Of a stretch of DNA of 64,000 bases, positions 1 to 12,400 are shown in pieces (position 1 is the stretch's first letter; each line of letters opens with the position of its first letter). This DNA is from Monocercomonoides exilis PA203. Its lineage: Eukaryota; Protista; Preaxostyla. Under the pieces are notes generated by a model. It made no database searches, was not told the DNA's origin, and saw nothing but the letters and a program-made list of their open reading frames with translations. The translations under genes and the position numbers were made by a program. The DNA is taken from positions 186,001-250,000 of the forward strand of contig LSRY02000001.1 of assembly GCA_001643675.2 (NCBI GenBank), read 5' to 3'.

Positions 1-3000
1 CAGTCGCTGCACCAGCTCAACGGCTGGGAAAGAGCAACATGCGGCGAGCACTATGCTGTGCCGCTCGTTGTGTATCTCTGGACCAACTTCTCTGCCCATG
101 CCTATGTCGACGGCGCTGACGGATGGGACTTCAGCGCTTGCGGCCTTGACGTCGCACCTTGCAGATCCATCGACAAGGCTCTCCAGCTCCGGTTTGTCCC
201 CGACCTTCCATCCTCTGCCTCCACAATCACAGTCACGCACAGCACCACCTTCTCCATCCTCCTCCACCTCCAGCCTTCTGCCACACACCGCAATCCACAA
301 CTCCTAATAAATGGCAACCTCCATGGCACACCAGTCGCCGTCCACGAGCCAGCCCTTCAAGGCAGCAACAAAGCCTTCCTCGCCTCCTCCATCCTCCTCC
401 GCCTCGCCAACCTCTCCTTCTCTCTTCCACCCTCGCTTCACGGCATCCTCTCTTTTCTCCAATCCGCCACATCCCCTGCCTGCCTCTCCCTCTCTGCCTG
501 CTCCTTTGCATCCACAGCCCCTTCCTCTCCAACCAGCTATGCTGTTGTGTCTGTGCTCGCCGGATCAGCCGAAATCGCCAACTGCTGCGTCTCTGCAATC
601 ACCCTCACCCATCCCTTTTTCCTTGTCGCTGCAACCACATCCCAAGCAGCTGTGCAGAACTTGTCCGCCTGCATGGTGGATGCCTCGCCAGCAGGGATAA
701 TCGAGGTCGCTGCACCCGCTGAAGACACATCCAAGCAGACAATCAGCCCCACAAACAGCCAGTTGACCTTCACAATCGCAGACTCCAACTTCACAAACAT
801 CACTGCCCACGCCAATCACTCAACTGTCTTTGCCCTCCCTTCGTACCAGAGCATCGACTGTGTGCTCGACTCCTGCTTCTGCACAAACTGCGTGGGAGAG
901 ACCATCGACGAAGGAGGCGCGGTGCGTGTGTGCCTCAGCTCCACCGAATCCTCTCTGAAAGTGGCTTCGTGTGTGCTCACTCAGTGCGTGTGCTCGCGCA
1001 CAAAGGGCAAAGGCGGTGCTCTCATGGTCGACTGCACCCTGCCCCAATCCCTGCCCCAATCCCTGCCCCAATCCCATTCTCAATCTTATTCTCAATCTTC
1101 ACCCCCAGCTCCTGATGATCTCCTTCACCCCATCCCGCTCCGCATCCTCAACGACCGCTTCATCTTGAACGACGCCTTTGCAGGCAAAGACATCTTCATC
1201 CGGTCCGACCACGTCGCCACACAGATCAACGAAACCCAATTCACACTCGACTTCACCCAGCCCTCTCTCCAGACAAACAACTCCATCTGCGGCTCCACAT
1301 TCGCCGACAGCACCCTTCTCGATCTCATCCCGCTCATCACCTTCTTCAAGGCTGGCCAGATCCACGCCTGCCTCCTAGGAACTGACTCGCGCCAGTGCGG
1401 CTCCACCTCAAACATGTGCAGAACCATCGACAACAGCATCCGCCACATCGACAGCGGCACTTGGAACATGGTCGTTGTCCACACCGATTCCGCCTTCGCC
1501 CGCCAGACAACACTCGCCGACCTCACCCTCCGCTCAGCAACAAAGCTGATCTGCCTGATCCATCTCCAGACTCCAATCGCAATCGAGCAAACCCACCACG
1601 CTGTCGTCGCTTTTGCAAACGATTGCTCGCTCGACAGCTGCCACTTCTCCATCGGCTCCGGCTTCGCATCTGAGCTCCACTCTGTCTTTCGCCAGCTCAA
1701 CGGCAGCTTGCTCGTCGTTTCATGCACATTCACATCTGCCGGATCTGAAACTCTCCTCAACTCCACACTCATCTCTGTGGCAAGCGGGGTGTTCGAGATG
1801 AGGAAAGCCGCCCTCCATTCAATCGCCACAACTCGCAATCTCCTCCTCTTCTGCAGCTCATCTGTTGCAGTGTGCACAGAAACAAACATCAGCAGCACTA
1901 CCACCAGCAACGCTGCGCTTGCCATCGAGCCAAGCACCACCATCGAAATCAGAGATCTCACCATACGCAACTCCACAGCAGATAATGCATTCATCACGTG
2001 CGGCTGCCCCCAAACGCCAGGCATCGAGTCTTTTCCAGACGAACCTGCCTCTCTGCTGAAGCTGGTCGGGGTGGCTGTTGCCCATGCAACAACCAAGAGA
2101 TGCGGCTTTGACTGCACCTCGTGCACAGGAACCATCCTCCAGCACAACTGCTCTTTCACCAACTTCACTTCCACTTCCACCCCCGCATTCGCATCTGAAT
2201 CTGCATCTGCAACAGGAACGATGGAGCACTTTGCTAATTGTGCAAACATCCAGATCGAAGCATGCATCTTCCAAGGCACAGGAACCGCTGCATCATGCAC
2301 ATCCAACACAGCCAGAGAAGTTGCAGACAACGTGTGCACATGGAACGGGTCTCTTGTCCATTTCGCCGACTCATCAGTCGCAATCACAGATGCTGCATTC
2401 ACCGCTGCACCTCAGGGCGCCCTCTCTCTTTCTGCCGCGTCTGCACACATGCACAAGATCCTCTTCGCAAACAACACCCCATCCATCCCCAACTACCAGT
2501 CTGCCCGCCGCAACATCATCTGCTCAAATGCCTCCACCCTCCATCTCACAAGCATCGCCGGCGGAGACGGCCTCCTTCCAAACACTTCCCTCTGGATCCA
2601 CACAACCACATGCTCGCTCCACGGCATCCCTGCTCAAAGAGCATCTCCGTTCTTCATCCCCACACTCACCAGCGCTGCCATCACCCATCACAACAACACC
2701 CACATCCAGATCCGCTGCAACGGCTCCCTCCTTCTCCCTTGCAACCTCTCATACGCCCTCTTCTTCCTCCTCGGCGATCAACACGCTGTGGAGAAAGGTA
2801 CATTCTCTCATGACGATTATGTGAGCGAGAACGAGATCGCTAGCACCATCCCAGCAAATGCAATTGCTGATGCATCTGACAAGGCAGATGTGTTGGTTGC
2901 GCTGCAGTTCGGCAACCCCTCCAGTCCGTCTTTCACCGATGCCATTGTTGTGAAGAACAAAAGTGAAAGTCAGGCAAATGGAGATGAAAAACTTGTTGAA

Positions 3001-4392
3001 GGAGGAAAAGAAGGAAAATCTTATTGGTTGTTGATTGTGATTGTACTTGTTGCGATATTATTGATCGTGTTAATTTGCTTTATTATTTTTGTAATTCGAT
3101 GGAGAAAGCAAAAGAGAAGAACTGAAGAACTGGAAGAGATTGTGAATGACAACATCAAAAAGGATCCGAAGGCATTCGAGATGGTGACGATGGAGATGTC
3201 TCCCGAGGAGCAGTGGAGGAGGGCAGAGAGGGAGGCTGAGAAGAAGAATGAAGAGAGGATCAAGAAGAGAGTGTATGAGAAAAGCTTGGGACATTCTGAG
3301 TCATCAGAACATCTTCTATCTGAGAGTGGCTCAACAGAATACATTTTGGGGAAAGACTCAGATAAGATCCCAGAGTGGATGCTGGAGAAGGTTGATGAGA
3401 AAGAAGAAGAAGAGACAAGAAAGAGATCACCATCACCATCCATTTCATCCACTTCCACCACTTCAACAACAGACTCAGATTCAACATTTGTTCGAGGAGA
3501 GGATCTGTGTCCAACCACTTCATCCATGTCGAATTTGGTGGATGCGATGGCCTGTTCATCACCTCATGAGAAGCTGATTGTTGACTTGAGGGATTCTCTG
3601 TTCATGCTGCTGCACGGAAAGAATGAGAAGAAAGAGATGGCTATTGGGAGCTTGAAGGAAAGAGAGCAGACAGCTGCCCAAATCCTGTTCTGGGTGGCTG
3701 GCGGCGCACTCTTCTCCTTCGAAGACGGGGAGGACGATCTTCCCTCTCTGCCAAACCTCAGCCCACACATCGTGCTGTTCTCCGAGCACATGGTTATCTG
3801 CATCGCCCTCCATTCAGATTTCTCTTCTGATGATTCTGACACATCTTCCATCTCTTCATCAACCGTTGTCACATCTGCAAGTGATGATGATGATGATGAT
3901 GGCAGAAACGATAGAGATTCTCTGCCCTCATCTGCATTTGAGGAAGAAGATAGCTTCAAAAAAGAGTGTTTGAGGTGGAAGGCGCCAGAACTGTTGATGA
4001 ACAAGAAGATGGGGGCAACACAGAAGTCTGTGGCATTCTCCATCGGGATGATGCTGTGGGAGTGTGTGACGCTCCAGATCCCGTTTGGCGAGTACGAGGC
4101 CGAGACTGCTGGCCAAAAGATAGCGAATGGCGAAAAGCCAGATCTGGGCATGGCTGGCTGCTCCGCCTTTGCCCAAACCATCAATGCCTGCCTTTCCCAA
4201 AATCCAGATGCCCGCCCCAGCCCTGCCCAGCTTCAGCGCCAGTTCATCCAGCACTTTCCCGGCGGTGCTCCCAGCCTCACAGCTTCCGACGCCCTCTATT
4301 GTTACCACCCCTTGCGCCTCAACTACTCCTCCGATCAATCTGCCTCCTATTCCGCAACAACCTTTACCGAAGATCCCGCTGCCCCCTCCTGA
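1..4392 (+). CDS. Receptor-like protein: Cys-rich beta-helix-like ectodomain, single TM, TKL-type pseudokinase C-lobe (5' end outside window)
   Basis: Frame 1 is open from base 1 (QSLHQLNGWER...) to TGA at 4390-4392. It has CG..PC.S/T and GGA(V/L) repeat motifs, a TM YWLLIVIVLVAILLIVLICFIIFVI, and kinase C-lobe motifs RWKAPE, FSIGMMLWE..T..IPF and CL..NP..RP. No GxGxxG, HRD or DFG is visible. Confidence 0.8.
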   Translation, partial: QSLHQLNGWERATCGEHYAVPLVVYLWTNFSAHAYVDGADGWDFSACGLDVAPCRSIDKALQLRFVPDLPSSASTITVTHSTTFSILLHLQPSATHRNPQLLINGNLHGTPVAVHEPALQGSNKAFLASSILLRLANLSFSLPPSLHGILSFLQSATSPACLSLSACSFASTAPSSPTSYAVVSVLAGSAEIANCCVSAITLTHPFFLVAATTSQAAVQNLSACMVDASPAGIIEVAAPAEDTSKQTISPTNSQLTFTIADSNFTNITAHANHSTVFALPSYQSIDCVLDSCFCTNCVGETIDEGGAVRVCLSSTESSLKVASCVLTQCVCSRTKGKGGALMVDCTLPQSLPQSLPQSHSQSYSQSSPPAPDDLLHPIPLRILNDRFILNDAFAGKDIFIRSDHVATQINETQFTLDFTQPSLQTNNSICGSTFADSTLLDLIPLITFFKAGQIHACLLGTDSRQCGSTSNMCRTIDNSIRHIDSGTWNMVVVHTDSAFARQTTLADLTLRSATKLICLIHLQTPIAIEQTHHAVVAFANDCSLDSCHFSIGSGFASELHSVFRQLNGSLLVVSCTFTSAGSETLLNSTLISVASGVFEMRKAALHSIATTRNLLLFCSSSVAVCTETNISSTTTSNAALAIEPSTTIEIRDLTIRNSTADNAFITCGCPQTPGIESFPDEPASLLKLVGVAVAHATTKRCGFDCTSCTGTILQHNCSFTNFTSTSTPAFASESASATGTMEHFANCANIQIEACIFQGTGTAASCTSNTAREVADNVCTWNGSLVHFADSSVAITDAAFTAAPQGALSLSAASAHMHKILFANNTPSIPNYQSARRNIICSNASTLHLTSIAGGDGLLPNTSLWIHTTTCSLHGIPAQRASPFFIPTLTSAAITHHNNTHIQIRCNGSLLLPCNLSYALFFLLGDQHAVEKGTFSHDDYVSENEIASTIPANAIADASDKADVLVALQFGNPSSPSFTDAIVVKNKSESQANGDEKLVEGGKEGKSYWLLIVIVLVAILLIVLICFIIFVIRWRKQKRRTEELEEIVNDNIKKDPKAFEMVTMEMSPEEQWRRAEREAEKKNEERIKKRVYEKSLGHSESSEHLLSESGSTEYILGKDSDKIPEWMLEKVDEKEEEETRKRSPSPSISSTSTTSTTDSDSTFVRGEDLCPTTSSMSNLVDAMACSSPHEKLIVDLRDSLFMLLHGKNEKKEMAIGSLKEREQTAAQILFWVAGGALFSFEDGEDDLPSLPNLSPHIVLFSEHMVICIALHSDFSSDDSDTSSISSSTVVTSASDDDDDDGRNDRDSLPSSAFEEEDSFKKECLRWKAPELLMNKKMGATQKSVAFSIGMMLWECVTLQIPFGEYEAETAGQKIANGEKPDLGMAGCSAFAQTINACLSQNPDARPSPAQLQRQFIQHFPGGAPSLTASDALYCYHPLRLNYSSDQSASYSATTFTEDPAAPS
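1039..1074 (+). repeat. 12-bp tandem repeat x3 (CTGCCCCAATCC, encodes LPQS)
   Basis: Read directly from the sequence. Confidence 0.9.
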
Positions 4393-5497
4393 TCCTTCTC
4401 CGAGCAGCTGAGCATGCCCTGTCTTTTTCCATCCAGCTCTCCCCCAGCCCTTCCACATCCCAAAGACTGGCTTGGAAGCTGGAAAGCGAAAAAGCCACAT
4501 CTGCAGCTCAAATAAAGCGGAAATAACGCAGACAAGATAGATGCTCACAAATGACGTAGCGCAGACTGCATCTCATTCTGTGCCTCTTGTCAAACGTAAC
4601 AGTTGTTTTATTTATTTATTTATTTATTTATTGTTTTCTTGTCTTTTTTTTTGGAAATGCTTCCATCTGTTTTCCGTTATCTGTTTTCCGTTTTCCTTTT
4701 GTCAGCTCCGATTTTGTTGTTATTATGAGGACCAGGCTCCCCAAGCTGCAGCTGTGTAGCTTTTTGCATCCTTCCATTTTGCGTTTGTTTGTTTGTTTTG
4801 CACTCGCTTTGTATTCGGCGTTTTTCTTCATTCACAGATGTTGTGGCTTTCAAGCCATTTTCATCCCCATTTCATTGTCCTGCTCCCATCCATGTGCGCT
4901 CTTCACATCACTTCCGTTGGCGCGCGCTCTCTCTAAAATAAACAAATCAGGGCATTTGCACTTCCATGCGGTAAAAACTCACAAGCAGATGCCATGAAAA
5001 AAGCAAAAATTGTGTTTCTGCCACAATTCTCTGACTTTCTGAGAAAAAGAAAAGCAAACGAATAAAATGCGAATTTTTCTATCAATAAAAATGATTGAGT
5101 GCACACCATTCTCTTCGGCCGAGAAAATGTCAAAGCGCTCGCTCAGCAAGAACATTCACTTTGTGTGCTTGTTCAGGAAGCAACACGAAAACGGAAACAG
5201 CACCAAACTCAATTAAGAAAGAGCCATGTTTGCATTGCAACATAAAGAATAACAATATCACAAACAGATGCATCGGATGATTCACAAAAGAAAAGAAAAG
5301 AAAAGAAAAGAAAAAGTTTTAAGAATAAATATATAAATTAATAAATGTGGAGAGCAAAATCAAAATCACACATCTGGCCAACACTCAAAAAGCACAGATA
5401 CTCCCACACACATTTCAAAAACAAACCACTTGACCAATCATCAAAAATAAAAATAAAGCAAACAATTGCTACGACAGAACAAACCAGAAAAATCAAA
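2951..5497 (+). repeat. Left arm of large inverted repeat (diverged 2951-3582, apparently identical 3583-5497)
   Basis: Reverse complement of 6890-9427. Mirror ORFs all sum to 12387 (e.g. 4392+7995, 4541+7846). The last mismatch I found is 3582/8805. Confidence 0.95.
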
Positions 5498-6889
5498 ACA
5501 CACATATTTGAAAAATCAATAAAAAATATTTTTTGTTCTTTTGAAAATTCTCTTCAAAATGTTGAAATACTGCTTGTTCATAAGCTTCATGAAAACAGAA
5601 AGTGAAATTTCCATTCTCACAAAAAAGTGTTAAAAAAAGTTAAAATGAAAACAAACTGTTTCAAGGAAAATGGACAATCAACGAAGCCTCTACAAATGTC
5701 GTGATTCACTCAACAACATATTTCTCGGATGAATTTCAAACTGCTAAAGTTATATCATTTGGTGTGTTTATTTCACAAAAATCTGTGGCAGAAGGAGCAT
5801 CGACTGCTTTCATGTGAAATCATTCCATCACAAAGAATTAAATACAAAATTATAAAATTTTGCACCAATTATTTATCTTTCCAATTGACTTTTTCCTCGT
5901 GAAAGATCGATTTCATCTGTTTCTCTTTTTTGCAACAAATTCGACAGATAAATTGACTTCACAGTTCTCCATTTTTCCCATTTGGATATTATCAGCAAAA
6001 TAGATGTAATTGCTCAATTCCTCGTGGGTTTTGACATGAAACTTCATTGATTTGAACGAATATCTTTAAACAAAGCTCATTTCATTTCTTCAACGAATAA
6101 CCTCTTTTTTTGTCATTTTATTTGAACAGAAAAATATGCACACTATTTATTGGCTCAACGTGAGTTATTCGAAAGAATTTCTGACTCGATTTCAAAATTC
6201 CTTTTTTGTTTTTTTGAATAAATGCTCCCATACTAAAAGCTGTTATCCAAGAAATGAAAAAACAGCAATATTTGAAGAGTCATTTGGAGATTCGCAACAA
6301 AAAATGAAAACCAATTGGCGAAAGCAAAAAGAAACAGGGAAAGGCGAAGAAAGCATGCTTTTGAAAAACCAGAAAGTGAGGTGAAGCACATTATTGAAAT
6401 TGAACGATGAATTGAAACAAGCAGGACAAAACATTGGACAACTCTCTTATAAATGAAACAATTTGTAATCTGAATAGCACCCAATGGAGTTATTCAAAAA
6501 ATGAAGAACAAAGGGAAAAAGAAGAAAAACAAGGATGGATGAAAGAATGACTGAAAAGAACAAAATAAAAAGAAATTGATAATTTTCCCAGTGATTTTCA
6601 CACACTCTCATAAAATATATGAGTACTTAAAGGAGAGCGGAAAAAGAAGTTGATTGAAGAAAAACAAAGAAGAAATTTCAGAAGCAAAAAGTTGAAGCGA
6701 AGAAGGAAATGGAAGGAGCGAATGGAAAGAAAGATACTACGAAAAGACAACTTAGTTGAATTAGATGAAACCAAAAACAATATTGACAAGTTTTTGAAGA
6801 TTCGAATTGCGTATTTTAATTCATTTTGCAAACGAGGAGCTAAAAGAAAATGTTGAAGATTCAATAAAAACATCAACAACATCGAATTA

Positions 6890-9427
6890 TTTGATTTTTC
6901 TGGTTTGTTCTGTCGTAGCAATTGTTTGCTTTATTTTTATTTTTGATGATTGGTCAAGTGGTTTGTTTTTGAAATGTGTGTGGGAGTATCTGTGCTTTTT
7001 GAGTGTTGGCCAGATGTGTGATTTTGATTTTGCTCTCCACATTTATTAATTTATATATTTATTCTTAAAACTTTTTCTTTTCTTTTCTTTTCTTTTCTTT
7101 TGTGAATCATCCGATGCATCTGTTTGTGATATTGTTATTCTTTATGTTGCAATGCAAACATGGCTCTTTCTTAATTGAGTTTGGTGCTGTTTCCGTTTTC
7201 GTGTTGCTTCCTGAACAAGCACACAAAGTGAATGTTCTTGCTGAGCGAGCGCTTTGACATTTTCTCGGCCGAAGAGAATGGTGTGCACTCAATCATTTTT
7301 ATTGATAGAAAAATTCGCATTTTATTCGTTTGCTTTTCTTTTTCTCAGAAAGTCAGAGAATTGTGGCAGAAACACAATTTTTGCTTTTTTCATGGCATCT
7401 GCTTGTGAGTTTTTACCGCATGGAAGTGCAAATGCCCTGATTTGTTTATTTTAGAGAGAGCGCGCGCCAACGGAAGTGATGTGAAGAGCGCACATGGATG
7501 GGAGCAGGACAATGAAATGGGGATGAAAATGGCTTGAAAGCCACAACATCTGTGAATGAAGAAAAACGCCGAATACAAAGCGAGTGCAAAACAAACAAAC
7601 AAACGCAAAATGGAAGGATGCAAAAAGCTACACAGCTGCAGCTTGGGGAGCCTGGTCCTCATAATAACAACAAAATCGGAGCTGACAAAAGGAAAACGGA
7701 AAACAGATAACGGAAAACAGATGGAAGCATTTCCAAAAAAAAAGACAAGAAAACAATAAATAAATAAATAAATAAATAAAACAACTGTTACGTTTGACAA
7801 GAGGCACAGAATGAGATGCAGTCTGCGCTACGTCATTTGTGAGCATCTATCTTGTCTGCGTTATTTCCGCTTTATTTGAGCTGCAGATGTGGCTTTTTCG
7901 CTTTCCAGCTTCCAAGCCAGTCTTTGGGATGTGGAAGGGCTGGGGGAGAGCTGGATGGAAAAAGACAGGGCATGCTCAGCTGCTCGGAGAAGGATCAGGA
8001 GGGGGCAGCGGGATCTTCGGTAAAGGTTGTTGCGGAATAGGAGGCAGATTGATCGGAGGAGTAGTTGAGGCGCAAGGGGTGGTAACAATAGAGGGCGTCG
8101 GAAGCTGTGAGGCTGGGAGCACCGCCGGGAAAGTGCTGGATGAACTGGCGCTGAAGCTGGGCAGGGCTGGGGCGGGCATCTGGATTTTGGGAAAGGCAGG
8201 CATTGATGGTTTGGGCAAAGGCGGAGCAGCCAGCCATGCCCAGATCTGGCTTTTCGCCATTCGCTATCTTTTGGCCAGCAGTCTCGGCCTCGTACTCGCC
8301 AAACGGGATCTGGAGCGTCACACACTCCCACAGCATCATCCCGATGGAGAATGCCACAGACTTCTGTGTTGCCCCCATCTTCTTGTTCATCAACAGTTCT
8401 GGCGCCTTCCACCTCAAACACTCTTTTTTGAAGCTATCTTCTTCCTCAAATGCAGATGAGGGCAGAGAATCTCTATCGTTTCTGCCATCATCATCATCAT
8501 CATCACTTGCAGATGTGACAACGGTTGATGAAGAGATGGAAGATGTGTCAGAATCATCAGAAGAGAAATCTGAATGGAGGGCGATGCAGATAACCATGTG
8601 CTCGGAGAACAGCACGATGTGTGGGCTGAGGTTTGGCAGAGAGGGAAGATCGTCCTCCCCGTCTTCGAAGGAGAAGAGTGCGCCGCCAGCCACCCAGAAC
8701 AGGATTTGGGCAGCTGTCTGCTCTCTTTCCTTCAAGCTCCCAATAGCCATCTCTTTCTTCTCATTCTTTCCGTGCAGCAGCATGAACAGAGAATCCCTCA
8801 AGTCTACAATCAGCTTCTCATGCGGTGACGAACAAGCCATTGCATCCACGAGATTCGACATGGATGAAGTGGTTGGACACAGATCCTCTCCTCGAACAAA
8901 TGTTGAATCAGAATCAGTTGTTGAAGTGGATGAAATGGAAGGTGAAGGAGTTGTCTTTCTTGTCTCTTCTTCTTCTTTCTCATCAACCTTCTCCAGCATC
9001 CACTCTGGGATCTTATCTGAGTCTTTCCCCAGGATGTATTCAGTCGATCCACTCTCAGACAGAAGATGTTCTGATGACTCAGAATGTCCCAAGCTTTTCT
9101 CATACACCCTCTTCTTGATCCTCTCATCATTCTTCTTCTCAGCCTCCCTCTCTGCCCTCCTCCACTGCTCCTCGGGAGACATCTCCATCGTCACCATCTC
9201 GAATGCCTTCGGATCCTTTTTGATGTTGTCATTCACAATCTCTCTCAAATCCTTTGCCTCATTCTTTGCCTTTCTCCATCGAATTACAAAAATAATAAAG
9301 CCAATTAACACGATCAATAATATCGCAACAAGCACAATCACAATCAACAACCAATAAGATTTTCCTTCTTTTCCTCCTTCAACAAGTTTTTCATCTCCAT
9401 TTGCCTGACTTTCACTTTTGTTCTTCA
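6890..9427 (-). repeat. Right arm of large inverted repeat
   Basis: Matches the left arm and includes the same (TTTA)n and (AAAAG)n microsatellites in reverse. Confidence 0.95.
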
Positions 9428-12400
9428 GAATGAGTGATTCTGTTGACGAAGGAGAATCAATTTTTCCAAACAGAAGACTCACAGATACTTCTGTCTCAGC
9501 TCCCACCAATGTCATCTGAGTCGATGAAACAACAGCGACGATCTCTTTCTCTGAAACGCTTTCCCTTTCACTAATTCCATAGCTCTCAACCACTTCTTCC
9601 TTTCCATTCCTGAAGTTCAAGCGCAGTGAAACATTGCATGGAAGAAGAAGTTTCCCAGTCAGCGAGATGCTTGTTCTCCCATCGGATGTTGTCTCATTCA
9701 TCGCCTCTTCTACAACTGGAACGAACAGTGTTGATGCTCTCTCAGAAACAATCCCGCTCAGTTCACATCCTTCATCCAGAATCCACAAGGATGTGTTTCT
9801 TTCCCATCCATCTCCTCCTTTCAAACTCATCACATTCAATGATCCTGCACCTGAACAGAGAATGTTTCGTCTGGCAGATGGATATCTTTCAATCGAAGGA
9901 TTGTTGTTCTCAAACTTACCATCTTCAATCTTCATCCTTCCTTCGCATACAGAAAGACCTCCATCCGAACAGCTCACAAAACTGGTATCCTTCATCTCTG
10001 CTGAGCTTTCCTTCACATCAACAACTGATCCATTCCATTTGCACATGTTCACTTCCTCATTCAAATGTTTTTCACTTATTTTCCCATCAAACAAGCACTG
10101 ACTCATGGAAATATTTTGACATTTCCAAAACGACATCATTCCTCCTTTTATTCTTCTCGATGCACATCCAACAAATGAACAGTTCGAAAACTCCACATTT
10201 ATGTCTCTCCCCTCAACATCAACTACTCCTGCACTCTCATCCACACAAGTGATGTTCTTCAATGAAGATGATAATATGGAAAACGAAAGCTCACTTTCTC
10301 CTATATTGTTTGGACCTTGTCCTCTGCCACGAACATTCAAAAACCATCCATTTTTAATCTTCACATTTCCTGCTTCCACTTTTTCCATCTTTGCATTCCC
10401 AGCTCCATTTATCTTCAAACAGTCTTTGCTAGCTTCAATATTATTGAGTTTCAGCACACTCACTTCAGTATCCTCATCCATCATCATCACTGCTTCACTC
10501 CCAAACGAAAGCCACGAAACACTCACATTCCTGATTTCACATTTCCCTCTTTCCACAAACATCAGAATAAATGGTACTTGCACCATTTCTCTCTCAGCCG
10601 AGCTCACTCCATCAAATGAACACACGCTGATCGATATCTTTCCTGAGCTTATCTTCATAAATGATGAATGTGCGATTGGTGTTTGTGCTGTTTCAACTTC
10701 TTCAAATGAAAATTGAATCCATCTCACATACACCTGCCCATTTGTCTCCACAATCCAGTCTTTGTTACAGTTCATCCTTCCTATCACTACTACTCGACTC
10801 TGAACTTCGTGCATCCCACTCAGCGTGAGCGTGTCCAATCCAATTTCCTCATCAATCACAGATTCCTCATCAACAACCATTTGACTCAGAAAATCGTGGG
10901 TTAGATGCCTCAGCCCAAACCCAATCGTTGCGCAAGGAAGCAAAGGCTTTCCACATTGCTGTCCATTCCTCCCTCCTTTCCCTTCTTTGCTCGACACAAC
11001 AATCGTGTCTGATTGGTATTTCACAATCAGACTCATCAAGTCCATCGCCTCCTCCTTGTGCTCTCCTGCATCCATCCCATAGATTGCATTTTGTTCGATG
11101 AACTCTTTATCACGGAAGTCGATGTTGAACTGTGTTTCATTGATCTGCCTCTCGATGCAGTCGCACACAATGAACACATCATTCCCGATGCTTGCTGTGT
11201 TCCTTCGGAAGATCACCCCATCAAACACATAATCCAGCTCTCCCCTCAATTCAGTCTTCAGATACACCCCACCTCCTTTCCCTTCGCTCACAGAGCATCC
11301 ACACTGCTTCATGCTCGCATTCATAACATGGAACCATCCTCCTTCATTCAATTCAAACAGCATCGCTCCTCCCTTTGTGCTTCTCCCACTGCTGCATCCT
11401 TCAAACAGTGAATCTTCAACAACAAGCTTCACACCATTCCCACTCTTGCTCCAAACAACACATGGATTGGCTCCTTCCCCTTCAACTGATCCAAAACTGC
11501 AATTCTTCATCCTCATCTCACCTCCTCCATTTGTTCCCTCTTCAATTCTTTCGTCAAGCTCTCCTTCAATTTCAAACAGACTTCCACTCTCCAATGTGGC
11601 TTCTGTGACTGTTATTTCATTAATCACACTCGCAACTTCTCCACTCACCACAAACACACTTCCCTTCCCAAAATACGAAAGCACTTTGAACCTCTTCATC
11701 TCCAACTCCCCTTTCTTCACAACACAAAATGCAATATTCCCCAATCCCTCTTTCTTTCCCTTCCATGAGATCGAACAGTCTTCCCATTCAATTCTCTCTC
11801 CCTCACTCATAATCATCCCTGCTTCTTCACTTCCCATTACATTCATCACACACATCTCCAATGCTCTCAGAGTGACTGCTCCACTGTTGCGAAGACACAC
11901 TTTTGCTCCAGTTTCTCCTTCACTCCCCAACACAACTGTTCCATGTTCCATCTCATCATATCCTGCTCCCACAGATTCCACCTCAATCCAGCTCAAATCA
12001 TGTTCCTCTTCCACTCTTATCTTTTCCTTCACCCTCACCACTTTTCTCTCTCCTCCTCTCTCAATGTGCTTCAATCCCATCTCCAATGTCTCACACGGAT
12101 CCTCTTCACTCCCACATCGCACAACATCGTCTCCATTTTCCCACACCACAATCCTCTCGCTCATGTATTCAATCACAAATCGCAACAGATCTGTGTTCAT
12201 CCGCTTTTCATCACTTCCAACAAATGCATTCGTATCATCTTCCATCCCTTCAATATCAATCGCAAATGTCTCACTCCTCACTGTCACATTCAGATCTGAA
12301 TCCAGAACGAACATGTTCTTCCCCACAAAAGCCTCATTCTCAGCAAATGTCACTCCCTCAAACTTGAATGGCACTCCTCCCCTCCTTTCACTGCAATTCA

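Noticed and set aside
4541-7846. Short ORFs in the repeat arms and spacer
   Set aside because: AT-rich, microsatellite-derived and without recognisable motifs. I found no recombinase or RNA gene in the spacer.
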